Assembly: GCA_964016885.1 (NCBI GenBank)
Contig: OZ024752.1
Coordinates: forward strand, 4,712,001 to 4,776,000
Source: Eledone cirrhosa
Lineage: Eukaryota
DNA: 64,000 bases
Direction: 5' to 3'
In this document: positions 49,704-63,908 of the stretch, one piece after another
How the letters are laid out: every line of letters begins with the position of its first letter
Position numbering within the stretch: position 1 is the stretch's first letter
Translations under genes and position numbers: made by a program
The notes under the pieces: model-generated
The model's database searches: none
What the model saw: the letters and a program-made list of their open reading frames with translations, nothing else
What the model was told of the DNA's origin: nothing

Positions 49704-51954
49704 AATAATAAGTTTTCTGTGAAAAATTTTGCTTAAAATGACAGGATGATTATAGCTAGAATGTTTTTGGTCATGGGTCTGCTTTAACAATGTCGAACGA
49801 AAGCTAAACAACAATAGCTACTACCATTATTAATTTCATAATCATTACTTCATTTTGCAGTTTTCTTTACAGCTAATAAGTAATCAGTATTAATGCCCCT
49901 AATTGCATGTTCATTCATTTTTACTGCTTACTTAGTGCACATCGCAAAAAAATTTAAAATATAGCTTCTAATATCTTTAGAATATTTTAACAAATATATG
50001 TAATAATTTGGATAATTAAGTTAAAAAGTAATGTATTGACTGCTGTACGCAAAAACATTCTTAATTAATTTATATTTCTTTTTTGCTTGGATAACACAAA
50101 CAAAATCCTAGCAGCAATTGTTGACAAGTCTCAAAGAAAAGGTGAAAACATTTCAAGAAATTAGGAATTAATTTTCCAAGTTCATTTCTAAACTAATTTA
50201 CATTCTAATAGACTGAAACATGCTCCTTGTTAAAAAGATAACTATAGACATGTTCCAGTCTATTAGATCTTGTTAACATAGTGAAGTCAAACCAACCCTG
50301 TAGATCAGTGGATAAAGCAATAACCTGAAACTTGTTCATAGTTTAGAAAATAGTGTTTTGCTTGAAGACTTCCATAATGTGAATTAGATAGTAAGTGTTA
50401 AACATATGATAACAGTGATGTTGGGATGTTATCCTGTAGGTTTTTCATAGGTTAATATATTTTGGGATAACATCCCTTCACCAAAAGATTAATAGAAGAC
50501 ATTTTAGTTTGGAGCTGTATAGATTTTTTCCACTTTTAAGCTACTATTTGTTGACATTTCAAATTTCTTTATTGGTCCTTCTATTTTGGGATAAATTCCC
50601 TTCATTAAAAGATTAAGATTAACATACAACACAGCATATACACACACATACAACACAACATACACACACACAACACAACATATACACTCACTTATATACA
50701 TACATACAAAAGTGCATGCCAGGCTTCTGTATTTTTCTCAAATTTCATTTATAACCTTTTGGTCTACAGGAGGTTATAATAGCGGACACTTGCCAGATTC
50801 AAGTTGTTGCAAATTAAATCTGTTAACTCCACCAGTATGCCTACACCTTTTGCTCCATAAATAATTTATTCAAATAGCAGTTCTTTGATGCCAGATAGAA
50901 TTCCAAGATAATAGCCATTGTTAATAGCTGACTTTGACTCTTTTCTATCCTATATTTGTGTATCTTGCTTGTTCTAAATTGATGTCAAATACAATCACTA
51001 GAATTTCATGATAACACTTGTAGCCCCTGTGTCATGCACCTGCTGTCTCTTGAATCTGACTCCTACTGTTACTACTACTACTACTACCACCACCACCACC
51101 AGCTCCTCCTCTTCCTCCTCAAACACTCCTCCATCGGGTCCTGTCAGAGACAACCATCTCCAGCTGGATCCCCAAGTGGACCCGCCAAGCTCATAGATGT
51201 TATCCAACCATCTTGTTCAGGGTCTACCCCTGGGTCTCCTGCCAGTTGGTTTTGCCCATAAAATCTGTCCAGCGATTGATTCCTGAGACATTCTAACCAC
51301 ATACCCCTAGTATCGTAGCTGTGATCTCTCAATTCGAAGAAGTAACGGCTCTACCTGGAGTAACTCTCTCATCTCCGAGCTATGCACGTTATCAGGTAAT
51401 GTTACTCTTATTAGATACAAGCAATATATTTTTTTTTGCCTATTTCGCAATCAATTTACACTTGCTTGTCTGTGACTGCTTGACTTTCAACACACTTCAC
51501 TGTAACTTCATACTCCATTAGTTTACAGTATGAAGGGCGTTCAGCTATAAAAAGACATTAGTTCTAACAATATGCAAATATATAAATTTGCACATCACAT
51601 TGAAGTTAGGCTAAAAACAAATACAACAAAAAAAACATCAAAACAAACAAACAAACATTAATAAAACAATTATATATGAAAGGAAAGTCTGCTTGAAATT
51701 TAATATTTAATTACATAATCAGCTAACTGTGGCATATATATATATATATATGTATGTATGTATGTTCTTCTGGTCTTATAATTTCACAAAGTTTTACCAA
51801 TAGAGAGAGAGTCGGTTTCTAACATAGACACAAGACTCTCATTGGAATTTACACAACATCAACTAGGTAGATTTGTATGTGTGGATGTGTATGTTTTGAG
51901 TTGTATGTGTGCATGTGTATATGCTTTGCATCTGTACATGTGTATATGCAGTTA

Positions 51955-52420
51955 TTAGATGCAAAAGTTTTGGAATGTTTTACATATTTTTACTGTTCCA
52001 TTAATGGATTGTACTTGTAATTTCCTAACTAGTTGTGTTCTTTCTGTTTCTGTGAAGCCTAGCTTCTCAAGATTTGTATTGAGGCAGTTACTAACATACC
52101 CCAGTGCCCCAATAACCACAGGCATAAATCTGAAGGTCTAATCAGGGTGGAGTATTTGCAGATTTCTCATCAGTTCTGCATAAATATTCTCCTTTTCGCT
52201 AATCTTTGATATTATATTGGCATCTACTGGGCAGCTAATTTCCACTACTGTGCATGTTTTCTTCTCCCTGTTCCATATCATAATATCTGGTCTGTTATGT
52301 CTGCATTTTATTGGGGTTTTTACTGGAACATTCCACCAGTACTCTTTCATATTATGTACATGGATGTCTTCCACATTGCTATAGCTTTTAATGTGTTTAT
52401 TATCGGGGCTATCTTTTTTA
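51955..52420 (-). mobile_element. R4/Dong-like non-LTR retrotransposon, RLE domain fragment
   Basis: WWNVPV..HNRPDIMIW..VEISCP..EKENIY..*..PVVIGALG; flanked by TA/TG-rich repeats. Confidence 0.78.
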
Positions 52421-52639
52421 CTATGTATGTATGTATGTGTATGTATGTATATGTATGTATGTATATATGTATGTATATATTTGTATATATATATATATGC
52501 ATATGTATGTATGTATGTATATGCATGCATGTATGTATATAATATGTATATAATATGTATGTATATATATATATGTATTTATATGTATATATATATGTAT
52601 GTATTACATATGTATATATAAGCAATATATATATATATA

Positions 52640-53270
52640 TCATCATCATCATCATCGTTTAATGTCCATCTTCCACGCTAGCATGGGTTGGACGGTTTGG
52701 TCAGAAGACCGTGTCTCGCTTGTACAGAACTGTTTCTGGCAGGTTTTTTACGGCTGGATGCCCTTCCTAACACCAACCACATTTACAGAGTGGACTGAGA
52801 GCCTTTTTACCATATCTCCTACACTACCACTTTACAGTGTCGACTGGGTGCTTTTTGTCGTGTCACCTACACGACCACTTTACAGTGTGGACTGGGTGCT
52901 GTTTGTTGTGTCACCTACACGACCACTTTACAGTGTGGACTGGGTGCTTTTTGCCGTGTCACCTACACGACCACTTTACAGTGTGGACTGGGTGCTGTTT
53001 GTCATGTCACCTACACGACCACTTTACAGTGTGGACTGGGTGCTTTTTGTCGTGTCACCTACACAACTTTACAGTGTGGACTGGGTGCTGTTTGTCGTGT
53101 CACCTACAAGACCACTTTACAGTGTGGACTGGGTGCTGTTTGTCGTGTCACCTACACGACTACTTTACAGTGTGGACTAGGAGCTTTTTGTTGTGTCACC
53201 TACACGACCACATTACAGTGGATGGAAGTGGGAGGATGGAGTAGAGGGTGTGGGGTGGAGTGTATATTGG
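52640..53270 (-). mobile_element. Headless RTE-tailed element with about 9 x 48-bp internal array
   Basis: Tail at 52640-52700, family A block ggatgcccttcctaacaccaacc, unit ctttacagtgtggactgggtgctttttgtcgtgtcacctacacgacca. Confidence 0.8.
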
Positions 53271-54671
53271 GTTAAGAGGGGCCTACTGACTGTAGCTTTA
53301 AGTTTGTATGCAAGGGAAGGCAGGTCTTCTGTATAACTGCAGAGTGCCAATATATATATTGCTTACATTTTTTTGTTTTACTTTTTACTTGAGGTAAGAG
53401 ATAGGGGAGGGACAATGATACTTTTCAGGGTCTTTGAGAATAATGGCTGGGAAGAAGGGGTTATCTTAAAACTATAGACAGGGTCTCAAGGCTTGCAACA
53501 GAATAAACTCTACTAAAAAGGGGCCTAAGCTGGACAATAAATTAAGTCCACCACCCAAGAATGGAATAAACAGTACAAGACATAATGTCCAGTGACATAT
53601 TGCTGGGGCGTATGAGGGGTACACCTGACCCCCCCCCCCCAAAAAAAAATATATTTATTGGTAAATTTAGTCAGTTTTGTTGTAAAACTATAAAGGTCTG
53701 CACCCCCAAATATAATAGGAGCAATACAATTACGATCATGTCCACGTGTCTAACATTTCAACAAACTCTCCATCTTGGACTGGAACTTTATTTTATCCTA
53801 CCCTGAATGATGGACAAAACCAATGTGGAAGACATAGTTGGTGTTAGAAAACAGACATGATATGATGATAATGATGATGATGATGGAGGTGGTGGTGGTG
53901 GTGGTGGTGTCAGTCCCTCCTCTATCTCTCTCTCTCACTCTCTAGTATATTTTTGGCACTATTTATAAATATAGTATATGGTTATTTCAGTACATGGCAT
54001 GTATTTTTATGAATTCATGTTCAGTACCTGCTGTTCTAATGTCCACGATGTGCCACTGTCGATTAGACGTGCATGGTTGAGTTTCGTCTGAAGGAAATAA
54101 TGTAATAACTTCATTAAACAACAATAACAACAACACAATTGAAAAACATAAAAACACTGCCAGTACCCTAGGCACTCAGTTGTGCAGTGAAAGCATGCAA
54201 CATAAATAAGACTATTGAAATAATAATATTATAATTTTTTTCCAGATTTCTAAAGAAATTAAAAGCTGTTACAGATGTGTGCAGAAAAATAATGTATTAG
54301 AAGAAAATATGAATTAAAGAAAAATATATAAAAACTATTTCAATGGATACAGCTTTTACAGTTCATAATTAGTCAGTTGGGAGAATAAACATCTTGCTAA
54401 CTAAAGATATATTATACAGACATACATATACATAGCAATACACATATTGTATATTTATATATATGTATGTGTTTGTGTGTGTTTATAAATATATATGTAT
54501 ATGTGTGTATATCATCATCATCGTTTACCGGCTATCTTCCATGCTAGCATGGGTTAGACCATATATATATTTATTTCATTTCTGAATTGGCAACATGACA
54601 CTCCCAAAGCATAACAATATGTATATATATATGTATATATGTATATATATATGTATATATATATATATATA

Positions 54672-54856
54672 TTCCACACTGTAAACCTCCCAGTCCACAC
54701 TGTAAACGTGGTTGGTGTTAGGAAGAGCATCCAGCCGTAGAAAACCCGCCAGACAGTCCTATGCGAGCAAGACAACCACTCTTGCCTCAATTGGGAAAAC
54801 TCCCGTCCAAACCCATGCAAGTGTGGAAGATGGACGTTAAACGATGATGATGATGA
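54672..54856 (+). mobile_element. 3' part of the same element as 15935-16830
   Basis: Near-identical to 16660-16830. Confidence 0.8.
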
Positions 54857-54974
54857 TATATATATCTTCAGGTTCATATTCTGTGGTGACAGTCAAGTTT
54901 GCAATTTTCAACCGACAGTTGAGTTTATTCTATTAAGCTTATTCCTAGTTCTTTCTATTCTATTCCAAAATTTG

Positions 54975-55715
54975 CTCCTATACCATTTTTTCCCATTTGG
55001 TTCTGGCTCCTCTATAAACTCTGATTTTGTCTCTCTGATTGTAACCAGAGAACTGCATACAGTAGATGAAGTGTTGTATGTGTCTCTCTAGTTCTTTGGG
55101 GTTGCACATGCGGGACACATTCCTCATCGCCCGTACTAAATCTGCAATCGGTATGTTGATTTTGGTGTGGTCCGAAACAGTGGAGTTTCGGTGGATCAGA
55201 TATTTGGAAGTCATGGGTTTGGCATAATGGGAATGGAGAATTTGTTTTTGTTGTTAATGGTTTCTAACCAGAGCTCTGTGTCTAGTACAGGTAATCGATG
55301 GTTGAAGTGTTTGCTTGGGTAGTCTATAGTAACTTTAATACTCTGGTGGATGGAGTTAGCTATTTGCTCCATGGTGTTTTTCTCTAATTCCTGACTGTTC
55401 TCTAGTGGAGGTGTTCTTACTACGATATTTATATCATCAACGTAGCGGGAGTACATAATCAGGGTTAAGAGGTTGTTGTCTTCTAATTGTTCTTTAAGTT
55501 TATTGTCCCACCATACCATGAATAGGTTAGCTGTCACCTCCTGCAATACTAACACCAATGGCTGCTCCCTCCTCTTGGGCATATGTTTTTGCATTAAATT
55601 TGAACATATGTTCCTTAAGGGTTAGTTTTATACTGGCCCACACTGCATGTGCAATCATTTTTTTTAGTTCATCATGGTTTTTGGGGGTCCGTATGGCTCT
55701 GGTCCACCTGTTCCA
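54975..55715 (-). mobile_element. Penelope-like reverse transcriptase relic (frameshifted)
   Basis: FKFNAKTYAQEEGAAIG / ANLFM..YSRYVDDI..LPVLD / KPMTSK..SGY. Confidence 0.8.
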
Positions 55716-56920
55716 TCTTTCGGAAAGGCCTTTGACAGGGTTGATCATAAAATTCTACTGAAAAAACTATCCAATGTTGGTGTCTCTGGAAGGTTACTTC
55801 AGTGGATCAAATGTTTCCTGACAGGCAGAACCCAGCATGTTGTAGTCGAAGGAGTAAAATCAAGTCAGCAGTGGCGACCCACAAGGCACTGTGTTGGGCC
55901 CACTTCTTATCATCATCTACATTAATGACATTACTGACATCATCAAGCACAGCAACATTACAATCTTCACAGATGATTCCAAGCTCCAAAGGGTCATCAA
56001 TGAGGTGGGTGACCGAACTTGCCTTCAGTCAGACCTACTGGCTGTTATCCAATGGGCAGAGATGAAAAATATGCTGTTGAATGAGGATAAGTTTGAATTA
56101 TTCCACTTTGGAAAAAAGGATGCCCTGAAACCACCATACTCTCTTCCTTTGGGTGAAACTCTAGTGGCATCCAATAACATCAGAGACCTGGGAGTAATTG
56201 AGGACAACAACATAAGCTGGGCCACTCATATAAACAACAAAGTTGATATGGCCCGCAGAATGTGTTCCTGGATTCTCAGAACTTTCCAGTCGAGAGATAT
56301 CCACACTTCTCTTCTCCACTTTTGCCCGACCCCATCTTGAATACTGTTGTCCATTGTGCTCACCCGACACAAAACAAGGTATCATGAAAGTTGAAGCACC
56401 CCAAAGATCAATTACAAAAAAGATAGATGGCATGACAGGCCTTGACTATTGGAGTCGATTAGAAAAGCTCAACTTTTATTCTCTCCAACGTCACCCTGAG
56501 TGCTACATTATCTGCATGATGTGCAAAATATTCCATCAGCTTTGTCCAAATGATGTTGGCATCACCTTTAATTTACACCCAAGGCTTGGGGCCCGTGCTA
56601 TCCACCCACGACAAAAATCTCACTCGCATCTCATAACAACAATATGGCACAATTATTTCACCTCAATTGGCCCTGCACTCTTTAACATTACACCAAGACA
56701 CATCAAAGCAGAGACAGACCCCATCAAGTTCAAGAAGTCTTTGGATAAATTCCTTCAAGAAATCAAGGATAAGCCTTCTACCCCCGGATATGCCTCCGTA
56801 AACAATAACTCTTTGCTCGAGTGGGCCATGGTGCCCAAACACTGATTTGTAAGACTTTGCCAGGTGGTGCTATTAAGTTAGACATGGCCTGGGCTAATAC
56901 TGGCCGAAACGTATCAAAGT
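55716..56920 (+). mobile_element. CR1-group LINE, 5'-truncated RT relic with 3' end
   Basis: KAFDRVDH..QGTVLGPLL..YINDI..FTDDSKL..RDLGV..RPHLEYC..FKKSLDKFL; frameshifts; ends in (TA)n. Confidence 0.85.
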
Positions 56921-57035
56921 TATATATATATATCATATATATATGTATGTATATATATATATGTATATATATATATATGTATGTATATATATATGTATTT
57001 TTATATTTATAGGTTTGTATGTATATGTATATATA

Positions 57036-57265
57036 CAGGGTGTTCGGGATAAATTTGACAGTTTCATCAGGAAAAAGAAAAAGTGCTTGGTATCTACAAA
57101 ATTTATTTGATTTAAAAGAAATTCAATGGACAAGGAAATTACACTATTGTCAAAGAGTTTTACTCAAAATAACCGCCATTAGCATCTATTACAGCTTCAA
57201 TCCGGGCCCGGAACCTGGAGCAAGCTGATTTTACACTTTCCCTGGGAAGGCCCTCAAAAACTACT
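57036..57265 (-). mobile_element. Tc1/mariner-superfamily transposon end with transposase C-terminus
   Basis: TA|cagggtgttcgggataaattt terminus; minus strand reads FRARIEAVIDANGGYFE*. Confidence 0.72.
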
Positions 57266-58151
57266 TTAATTCTGTCGATTAACTGGGCTTTTGTAGTACT
57301 GGCATCGGGTTTTTTCCCAGTACCTTAAACCTTCTTCAATAGCCAACACAGTGCATAATGGGAAAATACTCCGAAAGTAAAACAACCCTGAAATGGGAAT
57401 ACAAACAGAATAAAATAAGTTTGGTGTAAATCGGACATAGACAATATTTTCATTATTCAAAAAATATTATTGAGTGAATAGGATTTAAAAAATACATTAA
57501 AAGAATTTTTTTCAGTGATTTGTCAGTGAATATGATTTCAAAAATACAAGTTGTTTGTACTTTAAGTATCTATATTTCAGCTTTCTTTAAACAGACGATA
57601 TTTTAATTATCAATAAAAAACAAAAAAAAAAATATTTTTAATTTACTATGACTGAAAAATACGAGTTGTTTTTGCAGTCGATGTTTATATTTTTGCTTTT
57701 GTTAAAAAGAATATTTTAATTATTTAGAAATATTTTTAAGTGAATGTGATTTCGAAAATGCATGTTGTTCGTACAGTAAATATTTATATTTTAGCTTTCT
57801 TTACAGATAACATTTTAATTTTTTTTTATTATTTTCAAGTGAATACAATTAAAAAAATGTTTTGGCATATTTAAAAAAATGTGACCTTCCAATTTCATTT
57901 TACATTATATGTCTGTGTATATTTTAAATATTTAAATATTATTTTTAAGTGAACATGACCCAATGGATGACGGGTGGTCTATTATATATATATATGTGTG
58001 TGTGCATATATATATGTTTGATATAGAAATGGTGGTATTTATGTAATGTGGAGCGATGAGAACACGCAAAGACAATATATATTTATATATATGCAAAGCG
58101 GACGTAAAATGAAATGATGAATGATGATGATGATACACACACATATATATA

Positions 58152-58471
58152 TCATCATTTTACGTCCGCTTTTCCCTGCTTGCAAGGGTGGGACGGGAAC
58201 TGATTCTGGCTTGATTTCTACAGCTGGATACCCTTCCTAACACCAACCTCATTTACAGTGAGTGCTGGGTGCTTTTTGCCGTGGCACCTCCACGACCACT
58301 TTGCAGTGGAATGATAGGGACCGCAGTCCCTATCATCTCATTTCTACAGCTAAGTAAACTGGAGCAATGTGAAATAAAGTGTCTTGCTCAAGGAAACAAC
58401 ACATCACCCGGTCTGAGAATTGAACTCACAACCTTTCAATTGCAAGGCCAATCCTCTAACCACTAAGCCAC
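58152..58471 (-). mobile_element. SINE family A
   Basis: Near-identical to 290-622; an extra inverted tail fragment lies at 58095-58133. Confidence 0.86.
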
Positions 58472-59025
58472 GTGTGTGTGTGTGTGTATATAAGTTTATC
58501 CTGAGTTCAATCGGGGGTAACCACAGTAAGTAAGGTACTCAATACATAGCAGAGTATAAATATTTAATATAGAAATGGCTTCAACAAGACTAGAACTGTT
58601 TCATTCAGGAAGCCGATTGTCGAAGTAATATGGTGGTATTTATAAATACCACCATTTCTATATCCAACACATATATATATATATGCACACACACACACAC
58701 ACATATACATATATGAGGAAAGAGGAGACTGGGAGACTGAAGGTGGGAAAATATGTTTATCAGGATAGGTGAGGTTGGCATTTAATTGGGAGTATGAGTA
58801 GTCCACCTTGCAAAGGTGGTGGCTCAGCATCCAGGTCTATCATTGATGCTGGTATACAGATGCAGATGAGATGCATTATGTTGTTTTTATTTTTCGTTGG
58901 TATGTTGGTGTGCTAAAATAAAGCACCAGTAATGCACTGGTGTTGATTTAATCGACTTTCCTCTCCTAAATGTGTTGACCTTGTGCCTAAACCAGAAGCC
59001 ATTATTATTTATTACTATCATATAA

Positions 59026-59094
<69 letters not shown>

Positions 59095-59168
59095 TGCCTT
59101 TTATATGATGACTACATCAAAATGAAAGCATTAAAAAAAAAAAAGTAGAAACCATTATTTTAGCGATA

Positions 59169-59360
59169 AGGCGGTGGATTGGCAGTATCGGTAGAGGGTC
59201 GGACACCATGCTTTGCAGCATAGAGTTACAGTCCTTTACGGTCTGAGTTCAAATCCCGCCTTGGTTAACTTTGCCTTTCATCCTTACAGGGTCGATAAAA
59301 TAAAGTATCAGTAATGTAATGTGTAATTGTTGGCCTTGTGCCAAAAGTAGAAACAATTAT
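59169..59360 (+). mobile_element. SINE family B with target-site duplication
   Basis: attattttagcgata on both sides. Confidence 0.85.
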
Positions 59361-59621
59361 TTTAGCGATATAAACACTTATTTCAAATTACTCCTTATCT
59401 GACTGGAGATGACAGTAATAACATTTTTTGTTTCACCACATGAGTACAAAATATCAGAGTGAACTTCTTTCTCTCTTTTTTTTTTTTTATTATGATTGGC
59501 CTGGGGTTTATATATAAAAATATGTAATATATATTCCTAGTTGTATGAGAATGAGCTTGTAAAAAGTTCACACATAAAAGTGCGATCTCTGCCTGAATGC
59601 TATTTGTTTTAATATGTTAAT

Positions 59622-59845
59622 ATTGAAATTTAAACCTATCATAATTCTACGAAAGAAATTTAAGTCTTCAATCATAATTTATGGAAAAATTAAAACCTAT
59701 TTTATTAAAGAAATTTAAACCTATCATAATTTCATGAAAAAAATTTAAGCCTCTATCATAATTTTATGAATAAAAGAAATTTAAACCTTTTATAATTTTA
59801 TGGAAGAAATTTAAAACTTTTGTCATAATTTTATGAAAGAAAATT
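59622..59845. repeat. AT-rich ~30-bp degenerate minisatellite
   Basis: aagaaatttaaacctatcataattttatg repeated about 7 times. Confidence 0.75.
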
Positions 59846-60484
59846 CTGAACAATAATGTAAAATTTATTTATTTTAGTAAACCCCTACCAATTCTTCATT
59901 GTTTTCAAAATTATTTGATTAGGAATATGGTAATGAAAGGGTTAAGGCTGGAAAACAAATCTGTATTATACTGAAAAATTACTTTCAGTCATTGGTTAAT
60001 TGACTTTGATTTAATCTCTTAATTTAACACCACTATCTGGTCTTTGAGTATCATTAGCATTGTCAACTCTGTTTCAAACATTAAGACCAAGTTTGTCTAC
60101 ATTCTGAAGAAAACCTTATATTTTGATGTGATACTTCCTATTGCAACCATCATTAATTCTTGTTGATTCTGCCATTAGTTTTGGAGGCCCTTCCTCCTTT
60201 GATTAAGATTTAATTAAATAATATCTTTAAGTTTTAATATTATATCATTTTCAGAGATTTCTGTAACTTGACAGTTATAGTCAGAGTAATATATAATGTC
60301 CAAAATACATTTTCTATTTCATAGATGCGAAGTTTAGAAGGACTAGTGTTTGCAATAAATTTATTATTGATGAGAATTTTGAAGAAACAGCTGTTTATGA
60401 AACTTCAATGAACTCGCAAAACTAATGTGGTGTGAGTTCATAAGAGCCCTATACATCTTCAAGGAATGTAAGGATTCGTCTTAA

Positions 60485-60687
60485 CTCTAGCATTTAAACC
60501 AGTCATGTCTGGCCAGAATTTTCTCACCTCTTTCTGTTAAAACCAGCTGCAACCGGTCACTCATACTGATGCAAAGGTATTATTCGCAAAATAAATATCA
60601 AAATCTCATAGATTTGATATTATGTTAGATAAAGCCTTTACCATGAAAATACAATATTATGTATAGAGTAATGTAAATGAGAAAGGT
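60485..60687 (+). mobile_element. piggyBac-like MITE
   Basis: TTAA-flanked, collinear with 28928-29135. Confidence 0.75.
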
Positions 60688-60789
60688 TTAACTAAGGACC
60701 ATCTCATTACCATACAAATACTTAATATAATAGTTAGAAAATATAGAGTTAATATTTTCCTTTCTAATCTAATACCATCTTAGTCTAAA

Positions 60790-61242
60790 ATGTCTGCCAC
60801 AAGCCAGAAGGCCTGGTAGGCTGCTGCTTATCCCGGTTTCATGGCATGAAGCAACTAAAAGTACATGACTCTCCCTGGACAGAATGCCAGTCTATCCAGC
60901 TATTGCTGGTACTCATTTTTAGCTGGGTATACGGGAACAACACAAAATGGATTGTTTTGCTCAAGAACACAACAAACCACACAGCCTAGGAATCAAGCCC
61001 ATTATATCATGATCGTAAGTCCAACACCCTTACCACTAGGCCACACACCTCCACTTATGATCGTAAGTCCAACACCCTTACCACTAGGCCACACACCTCC
61101 ACTTATGATCGTAAGTCCAACACCCTTACCACTAGGCCACACACCTCCACTTATGATCGTAAGTCCAACACCCTTACCACTAGGCCACACACCTCCACTT
61201 ATGATCGTAAGTCCAACACCCTTACCACTAGGCCACACACCT
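60790..61242 (-). mobile_element. CORE-type SINE with its 5' 48 bp amplified 5 times (61008-61242)
   Basis: Minus-strand unit ggaggtgtgtggcctagtggtaagggtgttggacttacgatcataagt contains A box TGGCCTAGTGG; body matches 6225-6496. Confidence 0.82.
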
Positions 61243-61332
61243 GTGTCGTAGTGCTGCTTTGTATTTATCAAGAATGTGTCCCTAATGAAGTCTGAGGAGC
61301 TTCTATACAGTTCTCTATGATAATTTCATTAA

Positions 61333-61479
61333 CACTTTAGCATTTAAACCGGCCATATCTGGCCAGAATCCTCTCACTCCTGTCTGTTCAAACCAGCTGT
61401 AACCGGCCACTTATACTGATGTTAACGTATTGTTCTCAAAATACAATAGTAAATATAAAGTAATGTAAATGATAAAGGG
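61333..61479 (+). mobile_element. piggyBac-like MITE, internally deleted
   Basis: TTAA|cactttagcattta..taaatgataaaggg|TTAA. Confidence 0.75.
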
Positions 61480-61558
61480 TTAATTCATCAAACTGTCATT
61501 TGGAAGAAGAATTGGACAGACTGAATACTTACAACAGAGTAGTAAGTGTTTGGTAATA

Positions 61559-61792
61559 CCATGTTTCCCCTTTTATAAGACAGGTCTTAGATTATTTTTC
61601 CCTCAAAGAAAGACACTAGGGTGTATTTTGGGGTAGTGCTTATATTTTTACACAAAAAATAACAGCACGAAAGTTTTGATAAAAAGTACCATTATACTGA
61701 TATCAAAAATGTGCTAGGGCATATTTTGGGGGTACAGCTTATATTGAACAGCAACAAAAATCAGAGTAAGTTTTATAATAGGGGAAACACAG
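61559..61792. mobile_element. pogo/Tigger-like MITE
   Basis: TA|ccatgtttccccttttataa ... ttataataggggaaacacag|TA. Confidence 0.72.
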
Positions 61793-62736
61793 TACAGTAC
61801 ATTAAACTGTTGCTAGATTATGTCTGCCATTGAAGAATGGGTACAATCTATTAGGCTTCCAGTTTGATTCAGATGTCTTGGCTTGATCTGACATGATGGC
61901 AGACATCATCATCATCTTGACCCTTACAAAGTGAAATTCTTTACTGTATGGCTTATGGCTTTCTGTTGCATCAATCTTTTTATACATTCTTATGCAATGT
62001 GATGAAATGTTAACTCACATTGGCAATCAGTCTCTATTGCTTAAATTCCATTCCAAACATTGACATGGATTGTTTTATTACCAATCTATGATTCTTCAGA
62101 ATGAAAATGCCCCCCCAAAAAATAAAAATCAACCCTCCAAAAAACATAGAAGAAACATAAAGAAAGAAAAGTAGAAAGAACAAGAATTTCCTACAATTCA
62201 AGATCAACAGTGTGTGTAGTATATATGGTTGTTTGGAAATAGTAAAACCTTTAATCTTATTGAGATCTTATTGTGAATAGCAGGATTATTGGTTTCACTA
62301 TAACTTACAATTTGATTAACTGCAACATGTAGGGAGCTGCCTAAGTTAACATTTAAACCAAACCATCAATTCAATACATTTCCTAGATGAATCTGATATA
62401 TTTATCAGTAAATAAACCATACCATTTCTGTTTGCTTTCACACACACGCACGCGCATATATATATATATATAAAATGGCGTCAGACTGTTATCATAGAAA
62501 ATATTTCATCATTTTACTCAATCTACATTATCTTCATTTACTTTGCAACATATTTCATCAGGCAATTTTCTGACTTTTCTAATTAAACTTTTTAATAACA
62601 TTAATAATGATGATGATAATAATGATAGTAATAATAATGATGATAATGATAGTAATAATACTGATGAATTTTAAATAAAACAAGCAAAGAAATACAAGTT
62701 ACAAGATAGCCAAAAACCAAATTTAGTATTATTCCC

Positions 62737-62777
<41 letters not shown>

Positions 62778-63124
62778 TTCTAACATTTAGACTTCTGGCT
62801 ATATCACTAGAAGATTACCTTTCTATCTATCTCTCCTTCTCTCTCTCCCTCTTTCACTCTCTCTCTCTTTCTCTCTCTCCCTCTTTCACTCTCTCTCTCT
62901 CCTTCTCTCTCTCCCTCTTTCACTCTCTCTCTCTCTATATATATATATAGACATATGAGTGTGTGTGTGTGTATATATATATATACACACACACTTATAT
63001 ATATACACATATATCTAATATTCGTGCATGAGCAGGAATGCAACAGATTTTTGTGGAATGCGTGATCTTATGCTATTTCTGAAAATTCCCTGCAAAGCAA
63101 GAACCATGATTTTATATATATATA

Positions 63125-63181
<57 letters not shown>

Positions 63182-63255
63182 ATATATATATGTATATATA
63201 TAATCATGGTTCTTATATATATATACATATACATACATACATATATATACATACA

Positions 63256-63363
<108 letters not shown>

Positions 63364-63494
63364 CATACATATAAAAGAGAGAAAATTAACTATAAATGAA
63401 TAAATCAATACTAATGTTACCAAATATAAAGGAAAATAAGATTTCAGCAATAAAACATCTCAACACATCCACATTCATTCATTCATTAATCATT

Positions 63495-63908
63495 CACATT
63501 CACACACATACACATTCACACACATACACATTCACATTCACACACATACACATCCACATACATACACATTCACATTCACACACATACACATCCACATACA
63601 TACACATTCACATTCACACACATACACATACACATACATACACATTCACACACATACACATCCACATACATACACATTCACATTCACACACATACACATC
63701 CACATAAATACACATTCACATTCACACACATACACATCCACATACACATACATACACATTCACATTCACACACATACACATCCACATACACACACATACA
63801 CATTCACATTCACACACATCCACATACACACACATACACATACACACACATACACATACACACACACACACATACACACACATCCACATACACATCCACA
63901 TACACACA
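63495..63908. repeat. Compound CA-rich repeat (cacatt/cacata/cacatc)
   Basis: Directly visible. Confidence 0.9.
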
